A stretch of DNA of 64,000 nt from Thermoplasmatales archaeon (GTDB lineage: Archaea > Thermoplasmatota > Thermoplasmata > Thermoplasmatales > Thermoplasmataceae), in NCBI GenBank assembly GCA_027310185.1, contig DAIDBH010000017.1, positions 128,001 through 192,000 of the forward strand. Reading direction: 5' to 3'. Within the stretch, counting starts at the first letter, position 1. Every line of letters starts with the position of its first letter. Under the pieces are notes generated by a model that saw nothing but the letters and a program-made list of their open reading frames with translations, ran no database searches and was not told the origin of the DNA. Positions 37,677 to 48,347 of the stretch are shown piece after piece. The position numbers were made by a program, and so were the translations under genes.

Positions 37677-38870
37677 CTAGTCGTATATTGTTAGGGAATC
37701 TGTGTCTTTTGGATAATATGTAATTACCTCGGGACCGTCCTCGTGCATCACAACTGTATCTGAATGCCTGAACCCACCCAGATCCTTGACATATATTCCT
37801 GGTTCAACTGAAAATGTCATGCCTGCCCTGATTTTTTCCTTTTCCCCTATGTCCAGAAATGGTGCCTCATGCCCTTCGAGGCCAATACAATGACCTGAAT
37901 GGTGCAACCTGTATTTGAGAATGTCATTCTTCTTAGCAAATTCAATCACCTTCCTGTCTACCTCACTGAACTCCTTTCCTATTTCCAGTGCATCTATTGC
38001 AACCTCCTGCATTTCCACTGCCAGTTTATGAAATCTCCTTATCTTTTCGGCTGGTTCACCTAAAAATAGATTTCGCTCGATTTCGATGTGATATCCGTCA
38101 ATCTCACCACTTGCTCCAGAACCCAGAATATCCCCTCTCTTTATCTTTCTATTCGTAAATAGTGAATGAGGGTAATATGAATGCTCTCCAACCTGCCCCC
38201 TGAATCCTGCACCTATTTCCATGGGAAAATTGACTGGTGGTCTTGTATCCATTCCAAATGCGTACATTGCCATTTTATTTGCTTCTGAAGAAGCTTTGTA
38301 GGAGACTTCAAAATCAAATTTACCTGGTTCGGTATACTCCTGTAAAAGATTGTGAGCCAGGTTTCCCCATTTGGAGCTTTCTCTCATTAGCTCTATTTCC
38401 TCGTCTGACTTGATCTTTCTCATATTGTAAAGATCTTCTGATATGCCTGACAGTGAGAACTCATGTATAATTTCATCAACAGGGAGTGGCTTGAATCCCC
38501 ATCCTGAGCTGTAAAATGATAGATTATCTACACCAATTTTCTTTCCCTTCACAATGCCTTCGATCCACTCTCCAAAATACTTCAGTGGATGCTTTTCGCC
38601 GGGATAATCCGGATACCCGTAGGAGTCCTTTATGTTCGGACACTGACTCAGTACATGTTCTTTCTCCATGATGGGACCGAAGAAATGTATGTCCAGATTC
38701 CTGTCTATCAGAAATGCCGCTGGTCTTTCAGTTGCTATATAAAAGTAATCTGCAAAATACTTGAATGATGTGGTTCCTGAGATGTATACTGCGTCTATAT
38801 CTTTTTCTTCCATTAATTTTCCCAGCTTCTCAGCCCTATGATTCAATTCCTTTTTAGAAACCCTGATCAT
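37677..38870 (-). CDS. Xaa-Pro peptidase (M24 family)
   Basis: RKIKSDEEI, HHSGHCIGLEGHEAP, FSVEPGIY. Confidence 0.9.
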   Translation of the reverse strand: MIRVSKKELNHRAEKLGKLMEEKDIDAVYISGTTSFKYFADYFYIATERPAAFLIDRNLDIHFFGPIMEKEHVLSQCPNIKDSYGYPDYPGEKHPLKYFGEWIEGIVKGKKIGVDNLSFYSSGWGFKPLPVDEIIHEFSLSGISEDLYNMRKIKSDEEIELMRESSKWGNLAHNLLQEYTEPGKFDFEVSYKASSEANKMAMYAFGMDTRPPVNFPMEIGAGFRGQVGEHSYYPHSLFTNRKIKRGDILGSGASGEIDGYHIEIERNLFLGEPAEKIRRFHKLAVEMQEVAIDALEIGKEFSEVDRKVIEFAKKNDILKYRLHHSGHCIGLEGHEAPFLDIGEKEKIRAGMTFSVEPGIYVKDLGGFRHSDTVVMHEDGPEVITYYPKDTDSLTIYD

Positions 38871-38925
38871 GGAATTACAATCCATGATAGAATTTATACA
38901 TTTCCGCTCAGGATATAAAATTAAA

Positions 38926-40442
38926 CCTTAACTCACCCTTTTTTACGTAATATGTCCAGATCAATATTCAGGTCTGCCACCAGATCTTTCGCTTTTTTCG
39001 GTATTTCACTCATGATCTCCCCTTTCTCCATCCCGTACATCTTGATCCTTGACAGTATGAGGAGTATATCCCTCACACTGTATTTCCCATCTATCATGTT
39101 GAGTATCTGGAAGTGAAGGTACAGTGACAGCAGATTCAAGAACATGTAAGTGAATAGCATATGGTCATCCCTCAGGTATGATCGATCTGCCTCAAGATCA
39201 TTCTTGTAAACATTGAATGCGTATTCCACATATTCACGCTGTTTGTATAATCCATATATTCTTTCAGGTTCCTCATTGAGATCCGAAAGAAGGTACAGCT
39301 TTCCAAAGTTGATCTCATTTTCATCATACTGTTTTTTGCTTTTCTTATTCTCCTCAATACGGATGAGATAATCTTTTTCTTCCTCGCTCTTCAGCACAGG
39401 ATCCTCAAATATGTACACATCCTCATTCCTCTTCCAGTACTTCACAGGCTTGCCATCATACATGAACACACCCATGAAGTGATCCTGTTCAGGTATGAGT
39501 GATGAGTTTCTCCTCAATGGTATGATGTAGCTGAGATGTTTTTTCTTCAGCTTATCCACATTATCTGAAGAGAAGAATCCATTATCAGCCACTATGACAC
39601 ACTTCTCAATTCCTGCCATGTCAATTGTTTTTGACATAGCGGAAACATCCCTTATGGATCCTGGGAGTACCCTTACGAATGTTGGCAATGTCCTTGTTGA
39701 TGAGAACAGCATCATGACATTGATCTGGGGTATGTGTATATTCCTTGAATTATGTCCAGGTTCAAGGAATGAAATATTCTCTGACCTGGAGAATATGGCC
39801 GTTGAATCCATGAGGACATATTCACCCTTTTCTGTGAGTTTTCTCATGACACGGATGCTCTGATCTTCCGGAAGTGATGAGAGCATTCTGGATAATGAAT
39901 CCGGTGACATGCTCTCATCCATTATCCTGCACAGATATGTCCTCTCATACAGGTAGTGTACAGACTTCATTGGAAGTGGCTGTATATTCCTCAACATGAC
40001 ATATGAGATGATGCGTTCCCACATTGTTGGATATATCTCCTTCAGTACAGGTATCATGGTTTTTTCTGCTATTCCATGGAGTAAAGCTATGTTTCCATAT
40101 TCATGATCTGATCTCACCATTCCCATGGATCTTGTCTTCACTATGCCATCATGTGTTACTACACCCAGGTACTTTCCGGTGATCTTGTCAGCCCTCTTCT
40201 TTTCCCTGTTCCATTTACTGGTCATCTCATAGGCATAATAACGATCTCCTGATTTTCTTATCTCGACACCCTTTGTCTTGTACTTCTTCACCCATTCTGG
40301 AAGATCAACCATATTACATAGTATGTGTAATATGTATATAGAGCTATCGCAATAGAGAATAAATTCCATTAATATGGTGTTTCATGGAGATTGAAAGATG
40401 AGAATCTGTTCCTACTATTACACAAAAAACATGGAGTTAAGG
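38926..40442 (-). mobile_element. Intact IS1634-like insertion sequence (1517 bp)
   Basis: 27-bp imperfect TIRs CCTTAACTCacccTTTTTTacGTAATA / CCTTAACTCcatgTTTTTTgtGTAATA; 6-bp TSD ATTAAA at 38920-38925 and 40443-40448. Confidence 0.9.
38933..40312 (-). CDS. DDE transposase (IS1634-like)
   Basis: LMDST, VLPGSIRDV, VADNGF, YKQREYVEYAFNVYKN (D-D-E triad). Confidence 0.92.
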   Translation of the reverse strand: MVDLPEWVKKYKTKGVEIRKSGDRYYAYEMTSKWNREKKRADKITGKYLGVVTHDGIVKTRSMGMVRSDHEYGNIALLHGIAEKTMIPVLKEIYPTMWERIISYVMLRNIQPLPMKSVHYLYERTYLCRIMDESMSPDSLSRMLSSLPEDQSIRVMRKLTEKGEYVLMDSTAIFSRSENISFLEPGHNSRNIHIPQINVMMLFSSTRTLPTFVRVLPGSIRDVSAMSKTIDMAGIEKCVIVADNGFFSSDNVDKLKKKHLSYIIPLRRNSSLIPEQDHFMGVFMYDGKPVKYWKRNEDVYIFEDPVLKSEEEKDYLIRIEENKKSKKQYDENEINFGKLYLLSDLNEEPERIYGLYKQREYVEYAFNVYKNDLEADRSYLRDDHMLFTYMFLNLLSLYLHFQILNMIDGKYSVRDILLILSRIKMYGMEKGEIMSEIPKKAKDLVADLNIDLDILRKKG

Positions 40443-40535
40443 ATTAAAATCTTTTATTAGTGCATATTATAACAAAATAGGTAAAGTAATACACACATTA
40501 CTTCAATTCAGGGAGCATTTTTTGGCTCCTGATGA

Positions 40536-41078
40536 TTATTCCTGAAGGATCATTTCTGCGTGAGCAGTGAATTTGATCTTACTTCCGACCATTACCTTCC
40601 CTGCCTCTATTACCATGTTCCATTTCAGTCCGAATTCCTCCCTGACTATTTCCCCTGAAACAGTTATTCCTGCCCTTGTCTTTCCATATGGATCCTTTAT
40701 TATTCCTTCCAGGTCTCCATGAAAGGATATCTCCCTGGTGACATCTCTGATTGTGAGATTTCCCTTGATAATGTACTCACTGTCCCCCTTCTTGCTTATA
40801 GAGGTGCTTTCAAATTTTATCTCTTTATATTTTTCCACGTCAAAAAAGTCAGGAGACTTCAGGTGATTGTCCCTGTCAGTTTCCCTTGTGCTAATTGATG
40901 ATGGATCAATTGTCACGCTTACCTTTGCATTTTCTGGAGCCTCATCAGATCCGAACGCCTTTATCTCAAACTTACCAAAATTACCCTTGACTGTTGATAT
41001 CATCATATGCCTTGCTGAGAACTCAATTTCTGAATGCGCACTGTCAGATATCCATTTCATTTGCTTCTGTGTTTCCAT
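40536..41078 (-). CDS. YceI family protein
   Basis: DSAHSEIEFSARHMMISTVKG, RDNHLKSPDFFDVEKY. Confidence 0.93.
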   Translation of the reverse strand: METQKQMKWISDSAHSEIEFSARHMMISTVKGNFGKFEIKAFGSDEAPENAKVSVTIDPSSISTRETDRDNHLKSPDFFDVEKYKEIKFESTSISKKGDSEYIIKGNLTIRDVTREISFHGDLEGIIKDPYGKTRAGITVSGEIVREEFGLKWNMVIEAGKVMVGSKIKFTAHAEMILQE

Positions 41079-41136
41079 ATAGGGATATCAAAAATACATT
41101 AAAATACTTATAGTTACTTGCAATACATTAGATATC

Positions 41137-41481
41137 ATGATGAATACAATGAATAAAAGTGAGGAGATTTGCCCAATAGTTGAGACGATAAAGGTAATTG
41201 GGGGTAAATGGGAACTGACAATTATCAGGTATCTGGCGGATAAGCCAATGAGATTCAACGAATTACTTAGAAGTGCCCATGGAATAAGTTCCAGGACTCT
41301 ATCGAGAATCTTAAAAATTCTTATGGAGAAGGGACTTGTCAAGAGGGAACTGATTTCCCTTCAACCTGTAGTTGTTCTTTACTCGCTGACCGAATCAGGC
41401 AGCGAGATCAGGCCAGTGATAGACGCGCTAAAGAAATGGGGAGAAAAATACATTACCACTGGCGAACACACCATATATTGA
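41137..41481 (+). CDS. HxlR family transcriptional regulator
   Basis: CPIVETIKVIGGKWEL...RFNEL...YSLTESG. Confidence 0.92.
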   Translation: MMNTMNKSEEICPIVETIKVIGGKWELTIIRYLADKPMRFNELLRSAHGISSRTLSRILKILMEKGLVKRELISLQPVVVLYSLTESGSEIRPVIDALKKWGEKYITTGEHTIY

Positions 41482-41583
41482 TTATTTTCAAACATCTACC
41501 TTTGACAGATTATAATTTCAAAGCTTTCTTATAATATTTATACAATGAGTAAATGCCTCATATGGTGGTTACTTGGAACAACG

Positions 41584-42336
41584 ATGGAGGTTTTGGGCCT
41601 CGACTTCAGATATGACAATGGATACAAGGTTTTCAATAACATCAACATCAAGGTAGAGAAAGGAAAATTTGCTGCCATAGTTGGTCCATCGGGAGTTGGT
41701 AAATCTACACTCCTGAGATTATTCGGTGCTTTTTTGAAGCCAGAAAGCGGGACAGTATTGCTACATGGAAAACCGGTTCTGAGGCCTACTCCATTGATTT
41801 CCATGGTGCATCAGTCCATAGTCACTTTTCCATGGATGACGGCTGAGGAAAATGTGATGCTGTCGCTGAAAACTAAGAACCTCCCTAAAGATGAATGCAG
41901 GGAACTGGCTTCTAAGGCACTGGAAATGGTTGGTCTCCAGGGATTTGAGAACCTTTATCCCAAGGAGATGAGTGGTGGAATGAGGCAAAGAGTTTCTGTT
42001 GCAAGATCTCTTGCTGCGGAACCAAAAGTGTTATTGATGGATGAGCCTTTCGCGCACCTGGATGAACTGACTGCAGAGGGTTTGAGGCAGGATATATACA
42101 ATATACTTTTCAATCCGGATAGCCCTCTGGAATGTGTCATAATGGTTTCTCACAATCTAACAGAAGTTGTTGAACTCTCGGATACAGTGTTCGTTCTAAA
42201 TAACAGTCCGGCAACAGTGGTGGGACAGATTGACATAGAGATGCCAAGACCGAGAAACAGCAGGGATCCCGTTTTTGACAATTACCTTGATACACTTTAC
42301 AGGCTACTGACAAAGAAGAAGGGTGGAACCAGATGA
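41584..42336 (+). CDS. NitT/TauT-type ABC transporter ATP-binding protein
   Basis: GPSGVGKST, YPKEMSGGMRQRV, LMDEPF. Confidence 0.93.
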   Translation: MEVLGLDFRYDNGYKVFNNINIKVEKGKFAAIVGPSGVGKSTLLRLFGAFLKPESGTVLLHGKPVLRPTPLISMVHQSIVTFPWMTAEENVMLSLKTKNLPKDECRELASKALEMVGLQGFENLYPKEMSGGMRQRVSVARSLAAEPKVLLMDEPFAHLDELTAEGLRQDIYNILFNPDSPLECVIMVSHNLTEVVELSDTVFVLNNSPATVVGQIDIEMPRPRNSRDPVFDNYLDTLYRLLTKKKGGTR

Positions 42337-43955
42337 ATGTATATATCTTCATCATTCTTGCAGTGCTTGCAACTGGCGGTAGAGTTATTGGACTGATTTT
42401 ACTATCAATCCTTTCTGGATGGCTTCTTGCATATGCTGCCATTAAGAGCAAGATATTTGAAAATTTATTTATTTCATTTATCGAGGTGTTTGAAAGTGTT
42501 CCAGTAATTTCTTTTTTCCCCATTGTGCTCATAATATTTGTGGACAGAATAGGTGGTCCTCTTGGAGTTGAATTTGCAGCAGATTTCCTTGTTTTTACGG
42601 CAGTGGTATGGAATATATGGATGGGACAGTACCAGGCGTACAAGACAATTCCCAGTGAAATGGTTGAGGTAACTGAGAATTATAATTTCAGCCTGTGGAT
42701 GAAGCTCAGAAGTGTGTATATCCCCTTCTCAATACCCAGGATTGTTGCAAATCTTTTCCCAAGCATCTCAGACGGTTTTTTTTACATAACAGTGAGTGAG
42801 GTCTTCACCATAGGAATAACATCGTACAGCACCTTTGGGGTTGGAAGTCCAATAGACAAATTCGCCGCTGACGGTAATTTCAGGATGCTGGTAGTTACAT
42901 TTCTTGCCCTAGGAATTTTTGTAGTTCTACTTATAGAGTTAGTAAGGAGGGTGGGAAATCATGCAGTTGCAAAATATACAATAGATACAGATGCCCCTAT
43001 CATTAAGAGAGGTAAACCGAGAATAAGGCAGACTTCAAGATTTTCTGCCATTGTTTCGCAGAACACCCTGGGTAAGCTTGCCTCATATACAAGGGTCAGA
43101 AAAGGACCTGAAGATCTGGAGGAACTCTATTCCAAGGAGAAGAAAAATGGAAAAATCGGCTTAATTGCAGGAGTTGTAGTTCTTGCTATTTTTGCTTATA
43201 TCATATACTCCATTATAATTTTCATAATGTCTGTAAGTGGTGCTGAATGGTCATACCTTTTCTCAAAAACACCGTCTCTACTTTACGGATTGCTGATCGA
43301 TTACATAAGGGTGCTTATCATAACGGCTGCGTCCATTGCCTTCGCTTTCACACTGGGTTATCTTCTAGCAACAAGAAGGAAGGCAGAAGCCATAGGGGTT
43401 CCCATAATACAGACATTCAGTGCCTATCCAGTTCCTGCATACTTTCCATTTATATTCCTTGGCATTTATCCCATATTTGCTTCTGTTCTTGGGAGTCAGG
43501 CAGAGGAGGGAATTGTTCTACTTCTTGGATTCATAGCAACATTCTATTATGTTTTTTACAGTTTCTGGATGGGCATCAAGGCAATGCCGGCTGAGTACAA
43601 CGAGATCATGAAGAATCTCGACATGGGATTCTTCAAGAAGATGAGATACGTGATTATACCCTCGACCTTTCCATACCTTATATCAGGCATTTCATCAACC
43701 ATTAACAGCGCATGGGGAGGCCTGGAAATAGGTGAATACTGGCCTGACATAGCTGGTGGAAAAACGCTGGAAATCCATACTGGACTGATGAAGACGATTG
43801 ACATAGCAACAAGAAGTGGAAATATTGCCCTGGCGGGATGGGCATCATTCCTGTTTGCAATCATAGTTGCAGTATATTCTATCCTGTTTACAAGGAAGAT
43901 GATGGATCTTGCGAGAAAAAAATATGTTGCAGAGGAAGGTATTTACAGTGTCTAG
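42333..43955 (+). CDS. NitT/TauT-type ABC transporter permease (duplicated domains)
   Basis: Two permease repeats (ESVPVISFFP / SAYPVPAYFP). Confidence 0.9.
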   Translation: MNVYIFIILAVLATGGRVIGLILLSILSGWLLAYAAIKSKIFENLFISFIEVFESVPVISFFPIVLIIFVDRIGGPLGVEFAADFLVFTAVVWNIWMGQYQAYKTIPSEMVEVTENYNFSLWMKLRSVYIPFSIPRIVANLFPSISDGFFYITVSEVFTIGITSYSTFGVGSPIDKFAADGNFRMLVVTFLALGIFVVLLIELVRRVGNHAVAKYTIDTDAPIIKRGKPRIRQTSRFSAIVSQNTLGKLASYTRVRKGPEDLEELYSKEKKNGKIGLIAGVVVLAIFAYIIYSIIIFIMSVSGAEWSYLFSKTPSLLYGLLIDYIRVLIITAASIAFAFTLGYLLATRRKAEAIGVPIIQTFSAYPVPAYFPFIFLGIYPIFASVLGSQAEEGIVLLLGFIATFYYVFYSFWMGIKAMPAEYNEIMKNLDMGFFKKMRYVIIPSTFPYLISGISSTINSAWGGLEIGEYWPDIAGGKTLEIHTGLMKTIDIATRSGNIALAGWASFLFAIIVAVYSILFTRKMMDLARKKYVAEEGIYSV

Positions 43956-44419
43956 GCCATAGCCTGAAAAACATCATCATCTTTTTTTATCAATCCAGAG
44001 TAAACACCCCATTCAATGAGTGTTATTTCAAGATTATGCAATCCTGATGGATTATTATATTTCTGAATTCCGTTCTTTTCCAATTCTTCCATTATATCAT
44101 CCAGTTCAAAATTTACCATCCTGAGTGCCGTTACAAATGGCTCCATTGTTATGAGCGATGCTTTCAGGATGCTCTTTCTTATCTTTGGGCTTGACACTAG
44201 AAAAGTCTTTCCCTTTTCTGTAATCCATATGTCTCCCTGATCAGTACCTACAAACCCAAGATTGGCAGCTGTATATACAATCGGCATTAGATCATCAATA
44301 TCAACTTCCATCTCCTTTTCAAGTTCGAAAAGATCAGTCCTGTCATTGAATAAATGGTTAAGCACATGAAGCAATCCCACTAAGTCTGCAATCCTTGCAT
44401 CCGGGTCAACTGTTTCCAA
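43952..44419 (-). CDS. Stand-alone AAA-associated (NitT/TauT ATPase C-terminal) domain protein
   Basis: LVGLL...DLFELEKEMEVDIDDLMPI...LGF...GDI...LIEWGVYSGL; start uncertain. Confidence 0.75.
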   Translation of the reverse strand: METVDPDARIADLVGLLHVLNHLFNDRTDLFELEKEMEVDIDDLMPIVYTAANLGFVGTDQGDIWITEKGKTFLVSSPKIRKSILKASLITMEPFVTALRMVNFELDDIMEELEKNGIQKYNNPSGLHNLEITLIEWGVYSGLIKKDDDVFQAMA

Positions 44420-44599
44420 TTTCTATCATCTCTTTAGTATTTGCAGGTTATTAAGTTTTAACCTGAACTTTATATTTTAAAGTAAATATCCTGTAAATTA
44501 ATTTGGAAAATCATTATTAACAATATAGTTTACATAAAAAACCTTTTCGAATGAATGATTTTTACATAAAGCTTATCTATTTATAAAAGTTATAAAGTC

Positions 44600-46204
44600 A
44601 TGGCAATCAGGGCAGTTTTCATAAGACCCAGTAACAAAACTGGAAGTGCCTATTTAACCAAGTGGGGATTTCTTCCCGCACCACTTGGGCTTCTAGCTCT
44701 GGCCGGAGAAATATTGAGGATTGAGAACAGTTCAGTTAAGATCATAGATATGGAGGGAGATGACCTCTCCCTGGATAAGGCAGTTGATCTGGCAGTGAGT
44801 TACAAACCGGATCTGGTTGGCATCACTCTTCATGCAACTGCTGCACATAATAATGCAGGTTATCTTGCAAAGGAAATCAAGAAAAGAGTGCCTTCAGCCA
44901 TAATGGTCGCTGGAGGTCACCACGCAACATTTCTTCCTTATGAGGTCCTGAGATCAGGATTTGACATATCTGTGCTTGGGGAAGGGGATGAAACTATTTA
45001 TGATATTGGAAAAGCCATAGAAGACGGGAGCAGCATGCTCAAGATGCCGGGAATAGTTCTTAGGGACGGAGAAAAATTTGTTAGAACGGCACCAAGAAAA
45101 CTCATCCACGATCTGGATTCGCTCCCAATGCCACCACTGGAACTTCTGGATGCATCAAAGTATACGTTCAAGGTATTCGGGAAGAATGAAAGGGTCATGT
45201 GCCTTGAAACTTCAAGAGGTTGTCCTTACGGATGTGATTTCTGTTCCGTTACACCAACCTGGGGAAATACATGGAGAAATAAGTCAAACGAGAGAATACT
45301 CACAGAAATGGAAAGAGCAAGAGATGCAGGCTATGATTGGATATTCTTCACAGATGATATCTTTGTTGTTGAGCCAAATGTAAAGCACAGGGAAAATCTT
45401 TTTAACAGCATCGAGAAAAGAGGATTGAAAATGAAATGGATTGTGCAGATGAGAGCAGACGTAACGGCAAGACATCCAGAACTCATAACAAAAGCTGCCA
45501 GAGCAGGCATGACCATATCGTTCCTTGGTGTTGAGTCCGGAAGCCCTGAAGTGCTGAAGAAAATGCATAAGGGAGAATTCACACCCCAATCGGTTGAAGC
45601 TGTAAAAATATTATCATCTAATGATATAATAGTACTGGTAGGCATGATGATAGGTGCTCCATATGAGAGAATCCGTGATGCACTGACAACGGTAAAATTC
45701 TCAAGGGAGCTGGCCAGAGCTGGTGCTGATGCGGTTCAGTTCTCAATATATACTCCTCTGCCTGGCACAAGGATTTTTGAAGAGGCTCTTAAAGATAGTT
45801 CTCTTTTTACCCTGGATTGGGATAGGTATGATGTTCTCACTCCGGTCATGAGGACAAAGGTGGGACCGGTATTTGATCAGTTGCTTCAGTTCTATGCTTC
45901 ATATTCATTTTACATATACAAATTCATGAGAGGGAAAATTAAGGGCATACGACTTCCAGAGAGGAAGAATATTCTCATAGAAACTGGAACAAAGTTCATA
46001 ATGAAAATGATGCCTGAGTATCTCAGGGACATAAAAAATTTTCCAAGGTTTCTTTTCCAGACATATGATATGTACAAGGAGGCTATAAAAAAGGGTTTCA
46101 TTTCACAGAAAGATCACGAAGAAATATCAAACGACTCTGGAAGGATAATTTATGATCTGGAAAATGGAAGAAATCCATATTTCCTGATTAAAAAGGAGAA
46201 CTGA
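44600..46204 (+). CDS. B12-binding domain radical SAM protein
   Basis: PLGLLALA, GGHHAT, GEGD, TSRGCPYGCDFC, GVESG. Confidence 0.93.
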   Translation: MAIRAVFIRPSNKTGSAYLTKWGFLPAPLGLLALAGEILRIENSSVKIIDMEGDDLSLDKAVDLAVSYKPDLVGITLHATAAHNNAGYLAKEIKKRVPSAIMVAGGHHATFLPYEVLRSGFDISVLGEGDETIYDIGKAIEDGSSMLKMPGIVLRDGEKFVRTAPRKLIHDLDSLPMPPLELLDASKYTFKVFGKNERVMCLETSRGCPYGCDFCSVTPTWGNTWRNKSNERILTEMERARDAGYDWIFFTDDIFVVEPNVKHRENLFNSIEKRGLKMKWIVQMRADVTARHPELITKAARAGMTISFLGVESGSPEVLKKMHKGEFTPQSVEAVKILSSNDIIVLVGMMIGAPYERIRDALTTVKFSRELARAGADAVQFSIYTPLPGTRIFEEALKDSSLFTLDWDRYDVLTPVMRTKVGPVFDQLLQFYASYSFYIYKFMRGKIKGIRLPERKNILIETGTKFIMKMMPEYLRDIKNFPRFLFQTYDMYKEAIKKGFISQKDHEEISNDSGRIIYDLENGRNPYFLIKKEN

Positions 46205-46315
46205 GCAGGTTCATTTTCCTTTCTCGGTTCCAATCAGGCATGATCCAAGATATGACAGGATGATGCAGATCAAAACACCGAATAAACTATTAAGTTTAAA
46301 CTATTGAACGGTGAT

Positions 46316-48136
46316 ATGACTGAAACCTCAGACAATAAGGGGGAACTGGAGAGACACCTCACTTTCAAGGACGTCTTCTTTCTTTCCTTTGGAGGGATGT
46401 CTCCACTTCTAAGTATATTGACATATGGAGCCTTTGCCATAACGCTGGCTGGAGATGACGCGCCCATTGTGATGATCATTGGGACCTTGCTTGTGCTAGT
46501 AAATGGACTGTCGGTTACGCAACTTTCAAAACGATTCTCAACTTCCGGTGGATATTACACCTATGCATTCCAGGCATTATCTGCAAGATTGGGCTTTGAT
46601 ACCGGCTGGATGTACATGTTTTATTCTGTATTATATGGTCTGGCTTATCTCGTAGGAGGACTCTTTATAATAACAACCGTGCTTGGAATTTCCACTTATA
46701 TCGCCTTCCTGATTATCATGGTTCCTTCAGTTACTTTCCTCATTATTGGAGTGACCATGTCTGCAAGATATGCAATAGTTGCAGTGATTATCGAGATTGG
46801 ACTCATGCTCTCCATAGCTTTCTACTCCTTCTATGTTACAAAGGGTGCTGCCTATATACCCAACCCTGCAGTTTACCCCATATCCGGTGGTGATTTTGTC
46901 CTCGGGATACTCTTTGCCATGGGAATACCAACGGGATATGGTTCAATTGCACCAGTTTCTGGCGAAATAAAGAATCCAAAGAAGGTTGTAGGAAGAAGTG
47001 TGATTACAGTGATCCTTGTGGGAGGATCACTGGCAACTTTCATGATATATGCAATCGCTAACCTCATACTCCAGAATCACCTATCCATACCACTAGCAGA
47101 TAAATTACCGGTTATAGGCATTATACGCAATGATTTCGGCGGTGCTGGCAGATTTTTTTACTATGCCGTTGCAATCGCAACAATTAATGATTCCATACTG
47201 GCCATACTCTCATTCGGAACAGCTGCAATAAGGACTCTGTTCAGGATGGGATACGATAAGACACTCCCAGGCATATTTTCTCATAAAGTCAAGGAAAAAC
47301 CCATGATCGCAACACTTTTTATCAGTGGAATCCTGGTCATACTCCCATTGATAATTCTGAACTATATTTCAGCTGAAACTGCTTTCATTGTTCTGGGAAC
47401 AATATCGGCCCTGGGAGGTCTATTCATCCACGTTAGTGCTAATTTTTCACTTCTGAGAATCGGGATAAGGAGAGGGAGAAGGCTGATGGTTCGAACAAAA
47501 ATGACGCTTAGGACAACTCTTTCTGATTTTAAAGAATTTTTCCTCGCGCTTACTGGCGCAGTAATAAGTTCTATTGTTCTAATATATTCTGCATACTCCA
47601 CAGTTCCTGTTTACACAACCGTTTTCCTTGTGTGGATTGTGATTGGGTTCATCCTCTCCGAGGTCAAGGGAATAATAGGAAAGACACCAAATGATGTTGA
47701 TATAAGCAAGGAAGGAATGATAGTGGCCCAGAATCTTATGAATGTTTCAGTATCGGATGTGGTAAAACCTGTTAAGGAAGCAATAGTTTCAATAAACGAT
47801 TCCCTGAAAGAAGTTTTGAGCGGTCTGCTTGCAAAGAACCTGCCTGGTGCAATTGTCATCGATAGCCAGAGCAGACCTGTAGGCAGGCTGGAAGTTGTGA
47901 ATTTACTTCTCCTACCAAAGTCAAGCATAGATAAGGGAAAAGTAAGACAAATCCATCTTGAGAGAAGTGTTAACATAAATGAAAGAGAAAATGTTGCTGA
48001 CGCCGTTAGGATACTGAAAGAAAACAACATCAACATACTCACAGTAATTGATCAGAATGGAAAGGCAAAAGGGGTTATTAGTGAACGGGATGTTCTGGCT
48101 AAGCTGAGTGAAATAGATAAACCTGACATAACGTGA
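46316..48136 (+). CDS. APC family amino-acid permease with C-terminal CBS pair
   Basis: ~12 TM helices, GGYYTY, GEIKNPKK; C-terminal CBS-like GVISERDVL. Confidence 0.88.
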   Translation: MTETSDNKGELERHLTFKDVFFLSFGGMSPLLSILTYGAFAITLAGDDAPIVMIIGTLLVLVNGLSVTQLSKRFSTSGGYYTYAFQALSARLGFDTGWMYMFYSVLYGLAYLVGGLFIITTVLGISTYIAFLIIMVPSVTFLIIGVTMSARYAIVAVIIEIGLMLSIAFYSFYVTKGAAYIPNPAVYPISGGDFVLGILFAMGIPTGYGSIAPVSGEIKNPKKVVGRSVITVILVGGSLATFMIYAIANLILQNHLSIPLADKLPVIGIIRNDFGGAGRFFYYAVAIATINDSILAILSFGTAAIRTLFRMGYDKTLPGIFSHKVKEKPMIATLFISGILVILPLIILNYISAETAFIVLGTISALGGLFIHVSANFSLLRIGIRRGRRLMVRTKMTLRTTLSDFKEFFLALTGAVISSIVLIYSAYSTVPVYTTVFLVWIVIGFILSEVKGIIGKTPNDVDISKEGMIVAQNLMNVSVSDVVKPVKEAIVSINDSLKEVLSGLLAKNLPGAIVIDSQSRPVGRLEVVNLLLLPKSSIDKGKVRQIHLERSVNINERENVADAVRILKENNINILTVIDQNGKAKGVISERDVLAKLSEIDKPDIT

Positions 48137-48347
48137 CATTAATCATACATCACTATTTCAAAAAAGAATTTTATATTCAAGCCAGGTTAGAAAACTCCGG
48201 TTAAATACTAAAGAGATCAATTGTGCATTCCATGTTAATTTTTGCTGACATTTCCATGTGGTGAAATAGATTTGATGTTCACAGAATTACTGGAACTAAA
48301 TGAACAATTCATGGATAGGTTTATTTTTCTCTTTGACATAAAAAATA

